Translations under genes and position numbers: made by a program
Shown here: positions 32,950-40,000 of the stretch, one piece after another
Layout of the letters: each line of letters begins with the position of its first letter
How positions within the stretch are numbered: position 1 is the stretch's first letter
Source of the DNA: Clostridia bacterium
GTDB lineage: Bacteria; Bacillota; Clostridia; Christensenellales; UBA1242
Length of the DNA: 40,000 nucleotides
Assembly (NCBI GenBank): GCA_045657465.1
Contig: JAZOTD010000036.1
Coordinates: 11,372-51,371 of the forward strand
Direction of reading: 5' to 3'
Notes under the pieces: generated by a model
Databases searched by the model: none
What the model was told of the DNA's origin: nothing
Seen by the model: only the letters and a program-made list of their open reading frames with translations

Positions 32950-33198
32950 ATAAATTGCGTTGAAAAAGAAGAGTAAACTTGAAGGTTGCTTATAGAGAGT
33001 TCCGCTTGGTGGAAAGGAACAGCAAACGCAAATCGAAGGCACTTTGGAGCAATCATTAAAAAAGAGTGAGTGTCACATGACACTAATAAGGGTGGAACCA
33101 CGGGTCTAATCTCTCGCCCCTTAGCAAAACTGAATAAATCACATATGTTTTATTCCCTTTTGCTATCGCGTGCGAAAAAGATTAGGCCTTTTGTTTTG
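32950..33198 (+). promoter_or_regulatory. T-box riboswitch leader, glycine (GGC) specifier
   Basis: Stem I start TTGCGTTGAAAAAGAAGAGTA. AGAGAG bulge (32994-32999). Distal loop GCTTGGTGGAAA. Specifier loop CGAAGGCAC with GGC at 33038-33040. T-box AATAAGGGTGGAACCACG (33085-33102) with the UGGAACC bulge. Terminator arms GGGTCTAATC (33102-33111) and GATTAGGCCT (33180-33189), followed by TTTTGTTTT. Confidence 0.85.
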
Positions 33199-33232
33199 GC
33201 TAAAAAACAAAATAAATTTAGGAGAAACAAAT

Positions 33233-34606
33233 ATGAAAAACTTAACAATGGACAAACTTGTAAGTCATTGCAAAAACACAGGTATTGTCTATCCAGGTTC
33301 TGACATTTATGACGGACTTGCAAACACTTGGGATTATGGTCCTGTTGGTGTCGAACTCAAAAACAACATCAAAAAAGTTTGGTGGAAACGTTTCGTTCAA
33401 GAAGCTGACAACAGTTATGGCGTTGACGCAGCAATATTGATGAACCCTAGAGTTTGGGAGGCTTCTGGACACGTTGCATCATTCACCGACCCAAAAATGG
33501 ATTGCAAACGTTGCAAAACAAGAATGAGAGCCGACAATCTTATCGAAGCTCACTCAAAAGGCTCAGTAAATGCTGACGCTATGACAAATGAAGAAATGGA
33601 AGCATATATTCAAGAACATCAAGTTAAATGCCCTACTTGCGGAAACTTTGATTGGACACCAATCCGCCAATTCCACCTTATGTTCCAAACATCAAGAGAC
33701 CTTACTGGCGGAAAAGATGATGTTATCTATCTTCGTCCAGAAACTGCTCAAGGTGAATTCGTAAACTTCATGAACGTTCAAAGAACAACCCGTGCAAAAG
33801 TTCCTTTCGGAATTGGACAAATCGGAAAAGCATTTAGAAACGAAATCACTCCAGGAAACTTTACTTTTAGAACAATCGAGTTTGAACAAATGGAACACCA
33901 ATTGTTCTGCAAAAACGAAGAAGCCGGTTTTGATTTCTATGCAAAATACAAAAAAGATGCATATGATTTCCTTATCGACCTTGGATTCAACAAAGACGAC
34001 TTAAACTACAAAGACCACGAAAAGCTTGCATTCTATGCAAAAGCAGCTTGTGACATCATCTTCAAATATCCATTCGGTTGGAATGAACTTAATGGTATTC
34101 ACTACAGAACCGACTATGATTTGGGCAGACATCAAGAATATTCAGGCAAAAACATGCTCTATATCGACCCAGTAACTAATGAAAAATATGTTCCACATGT
34201 TGTAGAATATTCAATTGGTGCTGACAGACTCACCCTTGCAGTTCTTTGTGAATTCTATGATGAAGAAGAACTTGAAGGTGGCGACACAAGAGTTGTATAT
34301 CGTTTCCACCCTGCTATCGCTCCATATAAAGTTGCAGTGCTTCCACTTCAAAAGAACATGAGTGAAAAAGCAAGAGAAATCTACAAAAAACTTGCAAAAC
34401 ACTTTATGTGCACATATGACGAAGCTGGCTCTATCGGAAAGAGATATCGTCGCCAAGACCAAATCGGCACTCCATTCTGTGTAACAATCGACTTTGACAC
34501 ACTCGAAGACGGAACAGTTACCATTCGTGAAAGAGACACAATGCAACAACGCAGAATTTCTGTTGATGAACTCATCTCTTATGTAAACGAAAAAATCGTT
34601 TTCTAA
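33233..34606 (+). CDS. glyQS: glycine--tRNA ligase (alpha2 GlyQS type)
   Basis: AGGAG 8 nt upstream of ATG 33233 (the track start 33170 lies in the leader). MDKLVSHCKNTGIVYPGSDIYDGLANTWDYGPVGVELKNNIK..W, RPETAQG, GIGQIGKAFRNEITP, YSIGADR. Confidence 0.95.
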   Translation: MKNLTMDKLVSHCKNTGIVYPGSDIYDGLANTWDYGPVGVELKNNIKKVWWKRFVQEADNSYGVDAAILMNPRVWEASGHVASFTDPKMDCKRCKTRMRADNLIEAHSKGSVNADAMTNEEMEAYIQEHQVKCPTCGNFDWTPIRQFHLMFQTSRDLTGGKDDVIYLRPETAQGEFVNFMNVQRTTRAKVPFGIGQIGKAFRNEITPGNFTFRTIEFEQMEHQLFCKNEEAGFDFYAKYKKDAYDFLIDLGFNKDDLNYKDHEKLAFYAKAACDIIFKYPFGWNELNGIHYRTDYDLGRHQEYSGKNMLYIDPVTNEKYVPHVVEYSIGADRLTLAVLCEFYDEEELEGGDTRVVYRFHPAIAPYKVAVLPLQKNMSEKAREIYKKLAKHFMCTYDEAGSIGKRYRRQDQIGTPFCVTIDFDTLEDGTVTIRERDTMQQRRISVDELISYVNEKIVF

Positions 34607-34611
34607 ATAAA

Positions 34612-34641
34612 AAGCACCCTTCTTGTTAAGGGTGTTTTTCT
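34612..34641 (+). terminator. glyQS terminator
   Basis: AAGCACCCT pairs with AGGGTGTTT, followed by a T-run. Confidence 0.75.
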
Positions 34642-34661
34642 TTCATTATCTGTGTAAATGC

Positions 34662-34698
34662 TGAAAATAAAAGGTGTTATGCCAAACATAACACCTTA
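34662..34698 (-). terminator. terminator of the rpiB/281-aa operon
   Basis: AAGGTGTTATG (34671-34681) pairs with CATAACACCTT (34687-34697). On the minus strand it is followed by TTTTATTTT. Confidence 0.75.
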
Positions 34699-34702
34699 TT
34701 TT

Positions 34703-35548
34703 TTATTTAATTAAATTTGCATATCTGCCTGCGCAATCTTCATAAAGCTTTTTAAATTCATTTGTCTTTGCATCGTCTTCACCTATCGCATTATAGACAA
34801 CATATCCCGCATAGCTAAGCTTCATAAGTGAAAACTCTAGCAGTATTTCACTAACCTTTCCTTTAACGTTTGAACTTGCAAGCATTGCTTCAATTTGGTC
34901 AATTCTCAATTCTAAAAGTTCAGCAACATCTTTATCTGCATCGTTAAGTTCAAATGTTTCAAGCAACGCCTTATAGTCTTCTTTTGTAGTCTTTTTGTCA
35001 TTTTTTAACAAATCAACATATGTTGCAAACGCATATTCTGTAATTTTTCCATTTTTTAGCGATTTCAACACTTCAACCTGAATTGCACTTTCTTTATCTG
35101 TTAAACCATACAAACATTTGATTTTCCTGTTCACCAAATATGCATTAACATCTCCAACATAAGCATACATTGACTTGTTTTTTGCGTTATAAACGCTTGA
35201 AACATCAAGCTTTGTGCAAAATTCGTCATATTCATCATCACTCATTAATTCAGTGATATATTCAAGCTCTTTTTCTTTATTTGAATATTCTTGTTCAAAG
35301 AGAATCAAATTATATAAATCACTTAACTCTCCGCTCTTTTTATACTGCATTTCATAACAAGCTTCTTCTGCCCTAATAATTCCAAAAAAGTTAAATATTT
35401 TGGCGTCAAAATTTGGGGCTAAAAAGAACAATGTAGAAATTAGATAAAAGAATACAAAAACAACGGCTAGCATGATTTTTGTGAATGTTTTAAACGAATT
35501 TAACCATGTTTTTTTATCAATATAAACTTCTTTTGTAACCGAAGCCAT
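34703..35548 (-). CDS. membrane-anchored protein, unknown function (281 aa)
   Basis: ATG overlaps the rpiB stop (TAATG). One TM helix (IMLAVVFVFFYLISTLFFLA), then a helical Glu/Lys-rich domain. No family recognised. Confidence 0.6.
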   Translation of the reverse strand: MASVTKEVYIDKKTWLNSFKTFTKIMLAVVFVFFYLISTLFFLAPNFDAKIFNFFGIIRAEEACYEMQYKKSGELSDLYNLILFEQEYSNKEKELEYITELMSDDEYDEFCTKLDVSSVYNAKNKSMYAYVGDVNAYLVNRKIKCLYGLTDKESAIQVEVLKSLKNGKITEYAFATYVDLLKNDKKTTKEDYKALLETFELNDADKDVAELLELRIDQIEAMLASSNVKGKVSEILLEFSLMKLSYAGYVVYNAIGEDDAKTNEFKKLYEDCAGRYANLIK

Positions 35549-36030
35549 TAAACCCTTCCCGCCTTTTCTATTTTTGCAATTTGAGCAATTCTTCTTGAGT
35601 GTCTTTCTTCGCCCATAAATTGCGTAGAAATAAACACATTCAAAATTCTAATCATTTTGCGCTTGCAAAGCTTAACTTCATAATTTTCATCAGCTTTTCC
35701 TGCTGCAAACACAATTGCATTGGCATCTTCATCGCGTCTTGCAAAATATGCAGAGCCTTCTTCACTAGGAAGCACCGCTCTAATCCCCGCAAACTTATTT
35801 GCAACAATATTCATGCCGACTCCAGTTCCGCAAAGCAAAATCATTCCGTCTGCCTTTTCTTTCAAAAACATATCATATGCCTTGCTTGCTAAAACTGGAT
35901 AATCATTAGCTTCGCCAGCATCTTCAACCACTGAAAAATCAAGATTTTGCTCGGTTAAATAAGCCTTGATTTTATCAACATATTTTCCGTCAACTCTATG
36001 GTCATATACCACAATGAATTTTTTGAACAT
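35548..36030 (-). CDS. rpiB: RpiB/LacA/LacB-family sugar-phosphate isomerase
   Basis: AGGAG RBS. YDHRVDG.., DYPVLA, ILLCGTGVGMNIVANKFAGIRAV and EERHSRRI are collinear with E. coli RpiB (CDHVGF, DYPHYA, ILICGTGVGISIAANKFAGIRAV, GGRHQQRV). Confidence 0.8.
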   Translation of the reverse strand: MFKKFIVVYDHRVDGKYVDKIKAYLTEQNLDFSVVEDAGEANDYPVLASKAYDMFLKEKADGMILLCGTGVGMNIVANKFAGIRAVLPSEEGSAYFARRDEDANAIVFAAGKADENYEVKLCKRKMIRILNVFISTQFMGEERHSRRIAQIAKIEKAGRV

Positions 36031-36100
36031 AATATTCTCCTAACACAATTAGTTTATAATTTTTATATTATGTTGTCAAACAAAACAAAAAGAAGTATCT

Positions 36101-36253
36101 CTACTTCTTTTTATCTTGGAATCGACTTATTTGTTGTTTCAATGACTTAATTTCACGTTTTAGAGCGTCCATATCACGTTCTTGCAACGCAATCAAATTG
36201 TCTTTTTCTTTAACAATCTCCCCAAACTCTCCAAACTCATCAAAACCACTCAT
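36101..36253 (-). CDS. small coiled-coil protein (50 aa), not in the ORF track
   Basis: My translation: MSGFDEFGEFGEIVKEKDNLIALQERDMDALKREIKSLKQQISRFQDKKK. AGGAG lies 7 nt upstream of ATG 36253. The stop codon is embedded in a hairpin (AGAAGTA/TACTTCT at 36091-36107) that is followed by a T-run on the minus strand. Confidence 0.5.
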   Translation of the reverse strand: MSGFDEFGEFGEIVKEKDNLIALQERDMDALKREIKSLKQQISRFQDKKK

Positions 36254-36297
36254 AAATGACTCCTACTGTTATTATGAGCCGTTTAATTCATTTTATG

Positions 36298-36327
36298 CAT
36301 AAAAAAACACCCTTTTTAGGGTGTTTT
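36298..36327 (-). terminator. hairpin/terminator after sepF
   Basis: AAACACCCT (36305-36313) pairs with AGGGTGTTT (36318-36326). On the minus strand it is followed by a T7 run. Confidence 0.7.
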
Positions 36328-36329
36328 GA

Positions 36330-36917
36330 TTAGTTATCCATTCCTTGATTTTGTTCAGGGGTTCTAATATTAAATCCTTCAGGAGTCAAGAGGAATATAT
36401 TGCTGTCAACATGTCTAATATTTCCATTAAGTGCATAAATCGCACCACTTGTGCAGTCTAAAAGGCGTTGAGAATCATATTCATTCATATTTTGAAGATT
36501 CAAAACAACTGATTCGCCTTCTTTTAAATAATTGATAACAATTTGCACATCATCAAATTTTGTTGGGTACAAAAATTCAACATTTTTAGTTCCATATCCG
36601 CCAACATTTGAATTTAGACCATAATTATTCACAGGCGCAGTGTATGACCTGTTATATTGAGAAGGATTTTCAGCATAAGAAGTTGTTGTGCTTTGTGGTT
36701 TTGGTTGCACATCTTTTTCTTGTCTCAAAGAATATTTTTTTGCAGCTCGGTCAGCTTTTTCTTGAGCTTTTCTTGCTTTATATTCTTCTTTTTGTCTTCT
36801 TTTTTCATCTTGAGCACGCTGTCTTTCTTCTCGAATCTTCTCTTTTTCTATTGAATCGTCGTAGACTTCTTCATTTTCAAAGCCCACTCCTTTCATAAGC
36901 CAATTCATAAATCCCAT
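36330..36917 (-). CDS. sepF: cell division protein SepF
   Basis: N-terminal amphipathic MGFMNWLMKGVGF. Charged linker. C-terminal domain VEFLYPTKFDDVQIVINYLKEGESVVLNLQNM....RLLDCTSGAIYALNGNIRHV..NIFLLTP is typical of SepF. Confidence 0.85.
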   Translation of the reverse strand: MGFMNWLMKGVGFENEEVYDDSIEKEKIREERQRAQDEKRRQKEEYKARKAQEKADRAAKKYSLRQEKDVQPKPQSTTTSYAENPSQYNRSYTAPVNNYGLNSNVGGYGTKNVEFLYPTKFDDVQIVINYLKEGESVVLNLQNMNEYDSQRLLDCTSGAIYALNGNIRHVDSNIFLLTPEGFNIRTPEQNQGMDN

Positions 36918-36993
36918 AAATTGCCACCCCTATCTAGCCTAATAATAACACATTTTACACAAATTTCAAATTATTTTTTCATAATTTTATGAT

Positions 36994-37749
36994 TTACTGC
37001 AAATTATTGAACATATCAACTTTCAGTCGTGCAAAATTAAATTTTAATTCACAAATTAACGACTCTTTCTTTCCACTTTGAAAAAACTTATTAAAAAACT
37101 CATCAAAATAATTAACAAGCATATTTGCATAGGTCGTCAAATCTTCAAAAATCTTCTCATTTTTCGGGTTTTCAAACAAATCGATTAAGTCTTGAAATTC
37201 AAGTTTTGTTTTCAATAACTTCGAAGAAAAATCTCCATCACCAATCTCACCTTTCAAATATTCAATCTGCACATGCTCAAAATCATTAATAAATTTATAA
37301 TATTTCTCAAAAAATCTCGAATAACTTAAATTTTGAGCAATATGTGATGCAGTTTTTTTATTAATAGCTTTTGCTTCAAGCTTAACAACCCCCGCAGTTG
37401 AAAAAGACTGCTTTAAATTTTCTTTAATTTCAATTGCATCAGCTTCATTCAAATAAACATTTGCCACTAAAAAATACTCTTCTTTAAAAAACAAAACACT
37501 CCCAGCTCCGCCAAGCTTTTTTATTAATTCTTTTTTGTCTTCATCAATTTTTCTTCTATTTTTTTCAACATAAACCACATAAAACACTTGCCGTTCATAA
37601 CACTTTTCAACCTTCTTAAAACTTACCAAACATGCAAAAACTACCGCTAAAAAAATAAAAAATAAAATCACTGCAATCACTGAAATTATCGGCTTTCGCA
37701 AGGGTTTGTCATGTGGCAGGTATGACACATAATCTTGAAAATTACTCAT
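36994..37749 (-). CDS. membrane-anchored protein, possibly SPOR-like extracytoplasmic domain
   Basis: TM helix IISVIAVILFFIFLAVVFACLV. After it, FYVVYVEKNRR..ELIKKLGGAGSVLFFKEEYFLVANVYLNEADAIEIKENL has the alternating pattern of SPOR repeats. This is a weak, by-eye call. Confidence 0.5.
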   Translation of the reverse strand: MSNFQDYVSYLPHDKPLRKPIISVIAVILFFIFLAVVFACLVSFKKVEKCYERQVFYVVYVEKNRRKIDEDKKELIKKLGGAGSVLFFKEEYFLVANVYLNEADAIEIKENLKQSFSTAGVVKLEAKAINKKTASHIAQNLSYSRFFEKYYKFINDFEHVQIEYLKGEIGDGDFSSKLLKTKLEFQDLIDLFENPKNEKIFEDLTTYANMLVNYFDEFFNKFFQSGKKESLICELKFNFARLKVDMFNNLQ

Positions 37750-37877
37750 ATATCATTTTATGATTAAAGCATACACTTAATCACAAGTTTTTGTCATAAA
37801 AACGTGATTGCATGCTTAACGTTATAACTTGCCAAAAACGACATATAATTAAGTGTAAATAATTTTAGGAGAACTTT

Positions 37878-38174
37878 ATGAACTTAAAACCATTATTTGA
37901 CAGAGTCGTGCTAAAAGATTTAGAAAAATCATCGCAAACCAAGTCAGGAATATTTATTCCCACAGGCGTTGGCGATGAACCTAAATATGCCAAAGTCGTT
38001 GCTATTGGCGATGGAGACTGCTTTGACGGAAACAAATCTAAAATGGCAGTGTCTGTCGGCGATCATGTTTTATATAACAAATATGGTGCAACACCTTTCA
38101 AAATTGACGACCAAGAATTTCAAATCTTGCGTCAAAGTGACATATTAGGAGTTTTCGAAGGAGACAATAACTAA
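37878..38174 (+). CDS. groES: co-chaperonin GroES
   Basis: AGGAG RBS. MNLKPLFDRVVLK....TKSGIFIP....EPKYAKVVAIGDG. 98 aa. Confidence 0.95.
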   Translation: MNLKPLFDRVVLKDLEKSSQTKSGIFIPTGVGDEPKYAKVVAIGDGDCFDGNKSKMAVSVGDHVLYNKYGATPFKIDDQEFQILRQSDILGVFEGDNN

Positions 38175-39763
38175 TGGCAAAACAAATCCAAACTGGCGAC
38201 ATTGCAAGAAATCTACTTAAAAATGGCATAAAAGCCGTTGCTGATGCCGTGAAAATCACACTTGGACCTAAAGGAAAAAATGTGGTTTTAGACAGAAAAT
38301 ACACAACTCCCCTAATCACTAATGACGGAGTTTCAATCGCTAAAGAAATTGAACTATTAAACCCTTTTGAAAATATGGGTGCAAACCTCATTAAAGAAGC
38401 ATCGATAAAAACTAATGATGACGCAGGCGATGGCACAACCACCGCATGCGTTTTAGCAGAATCAATGGTTAATGAAGGTCTTAAAAATATTTCTAGTGGC
38501 GCCAACCCTATTATTTTACGCAAAGGCATTGAAAAAGCCATAAAAGTGGCTACAGATCATTTAAAACAAATCTCAAAACCAGTTTCAAGTGACAAAGAAA
38601 TTTCACAAGTTGCAAGCATATCTGCTGGCAGTGATGAAATTGGCGAACTCATTTCAAACGCCTTTGCAAAAATAGGAAAAGACGGCGTCATAACAATTGA
38701 AGAATCAAAATCTTCACAAACCAACCTAAAAATAACCCAAGGTCTTGAATTTGACCGAGGTTACATCTCGCCTTATATGGCAAATCCAAACCAAAATATT
38801 GTGTGTTTAGAACACCCTTATATCTTGGTCACTGACAAAAAACTTACAAATATAAATGAAATCCTCCCAATTTTAGAGCAAATTATGCAAACTTCCAGAC
38901 CTTTATTAATCATTGCTGACGATGTTGATGGCGAAGTGCTTTCAACACTCGTTTTAAACAATGTTAGGGGCAGTTTCATTTCTGTTGCAGTCAAATGTCC
39001 TTCATTTGGAGACAAACAAAAAGCATACTTGCAAGACATTGCCCTGCTCACATCAGCATCGCTTGTTTCAAAAGAACTTTCAACTGACTTCAAATCATTA
39101 ACATTAGATGATTTAGGCGAAGCATCGCTTGTCAAAGTTTCAAAAGACAAAACAACCATCATAAACGGCAAAGCAAACACAGTCATGGTTGAAGAAAAAA
39201 TCAATCATATCAAATCGCTGCTTAATGAAAACCTTGATGACTATGAAAAAATTAATTTTGAAGACCAACTCGCCAGACTTTCTGGTGGCGTGGCAGTCAT
39301 TGAAGTTGGAGCCGCAAGTGAAATCGAAATGCGTGAGAAAAAACTCCGCATCGAAGACGCCCTTTCAGCAACAAAATCTGCATGCAAAGAAGGCATCATA
39401 ATCGGTGGTGGTTGCGCTTTAGTATCATGCATTCCTTCAGTAAAATCTTTTATCAGCACACTTTCAGGAGACGAAAAAACAGGTGCAGAAATCGTTTTGC
39501 ACGCGCTTGAATCTCCAATTAGACAAATTGCAAAAAATGCAGGCGTCGACGACGGCGTAGTATTAAACAATGTTATGCAGTCAATCAAATCAAATATTGG
39601 TTACAACGCACTTACTGACACATATGAAAATATGTTTGATGGCGGAATAATTGACCCAACAAAAGTCACCCGCTGTGCTCTTGAAAACGCTGGAAGCGTT
39701 TCTGCATCAATACTCACAACTGAAGTTTTGGTCGCAGACATAGAACCACAAAAAGCTCAATAA
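38174..39763 (+). CDS. groEL: chaperonin GroEL
   Basis: AVKITLGPKGKNVVL, ITNDGVSIAKEIEL, DDAGDGTTTACVLA, VAVKCPSFGD, GGVAVIEVGAASEIEM.EKK.RIEDAL.AT. ATG overlaps the groES stop. No C-terminal GGM tail. Confidence 0.97.
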   Translation: MAKQIQTGDIARNLLKNGIKAVADAVKITLGPKGKNVVLDRKYTTPLITNDGVSIAKEIELLNPFENMGANLIKEASIKTNDDAGDGTTTACVLAESMVNEGLKNISSGANPIILRKGIEKAIKVATDHLKQISKPVSSDKEISQVASISAGSDEIGELISNAFAKIGKDGVITIEESKSSQTNLKITQGLEFDRGYISPYMANPNQNIVCLEHPYILVTDKKLTNINEILPILEQIMQTSRPLLIIADDVDGEVLSTLVLNNVRGSFISVAVKCPSFGDKQKAYLQDIALLTSASLVSKELSTDFKSLTLDDLGEASLVKVSKDKTTIINGKANTVMVEEKINHIKSLLNENLDDYEKINFEDQLARLSGGVAVIEVGAASEIEMREKKLRIEDALSATKSACKEGIIIGGGCALVSCIPSVKSFISTLSGDEKTGAEIVLHALESPIRQIAKNAGVDDGVVLNNVMQSIKSNIGYNALTDTYENMFDGGIIDPTKVTRCALENAGSVSASILTTEVLVADIEPQKAQ

Positions 39764-39773
39764 TTTTCTCCTA

Positions 39774-39805
39774 AAAAAACACCCCACTCAAGGGGTGTTT
39801 TTATT
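39774..39805. terminator. bidirectional terminator between groEL and the convergent right-edge gene
   Basis: AACACCCC (39778-39785) pairs with GGGGTGTT (39792-39799). A-run on the left, T-run on the right. Confidence 0.8.
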
Positions 39806-40000
39806 TGTTATTATCTTTAACAATGTTTTGAATTGACAAAAATCTTTTTTCAAATGTTGGTTTCTTGTTAACCTGGTCAATTGTTCTGTTAATCACAACA
39901 GTTCGTGGTTTCATAACCGGCGTTCTAATAAAACCAGACTCCAATAGCTCAACTTTTGATTGTTTTTGAGCGTCTTCAATCTCTTTCATCTTTGAGTCTT
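39801..40000 (-). CDS. C-terminal end of an unidentified protein (ORF open to the right edge)
   Basis: The reading frame stays open upstream of the tracked Met (..DSKMKEIEDAQKQ..) as far as position 40000. No family recognised from 65 residues. Confidence 0.4.
   Translation of the reverse strand, partial: DSKMKEIEDAQKQSKVELLESGFIRTPVMKPRTVVINRTIDQVNKKPTFEKRFLSIQNIVKDNNK

Noticed and set aside
33070-33303. 77-aa ORF, and the 21-codon N-terminal extension of glyQS (track start 33170).
   Set aside because: Both lie inside the T-box leader and terminator. The AGGAG SD serves ATG 33233, and GlyQS homology begins at MKNLTMDKLV.
38098-39588. Minus-strand ORFs of 147, 128 and 115 aa antisense to groEL.
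   Set aside because: They are shadow ORFs of a highly expressed conserved gene. They are Ser/Ala/Ile-rich with no translation signals.
1-40000. Window-wide check for a mobile element, prophage, CRISPR-Cas, restriction-modification, toxin-antitoxin or other known defence modules, and for tRNA/rRNA genes.
   Set aside because: I saw no integrase, transposase, recombinase, Cas, methyltransferase or nuclease signatures in any ORF. There is no direct-repeat array and no GC-rich cloverleaf-like segments. Composition appears uniform along the window by eye.

Overview
This is a visibly AT-rich, gene-dense chromosomal segment from a low-GC Gram-positive-type bacterium (Bacillota-like). It uses the standard genetic code, has strong AGGAG-type ribosome-binding sites, and most operons end in stem-loop plus T-run terminators. 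I recognised no rRNA, tRNA, CRISPR array, transposase, integrase, phage module or known defence system.

Gene content, left to right:
- A divergently transcribed cell-organisation cluster: a SpoIVFB-like M50 protease (partial), a small ORF and a MinD-like ATPase on the minus strand, facing an MreB-like gene.
- Two secreted proteins of unknown function.
- A Ppx/GppA-HD protein.
- An Rnf-like operon in the order C-D-E-A-B.
- Two half-size TSUP/TauE membrane genes.
- A 2017-aa membrane-anchored surface protein.
- A GNAT-type protein.
- A SpoVB-like flippase with a DUF4363/DUF421 pair.
- A run of NUDIX, unknown gene, uvrB and uvrA.
- A MacB-type ABC pair with a divergent TetR regulator.
- A glycine T-box leader followed by glyQS.
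- rpiB, sepF (followed by an untracked 50-aa ORF) and groES-groEL.

Many housekeeping-family proteins here look unusually diverged at catalytic motifs (by-eye alignment only).

The two most unusual loci are:
- The Rnf-like operon has no rnfG, and flavin/NADH and membrane Fe-S ligand motifs appear replaced.
- The giant surface protein is built from six ~70-110-aa repeats ending in LY(F/Y/L)K and four CBM4/9-like beta-sandwich modules, and it ends in a TM helix rather than a sortase signal.

I cannot show that either is a genuinely new system without database and structure searches. The rest of the window looks like ordinary core genome with a few intergenic curiosities.
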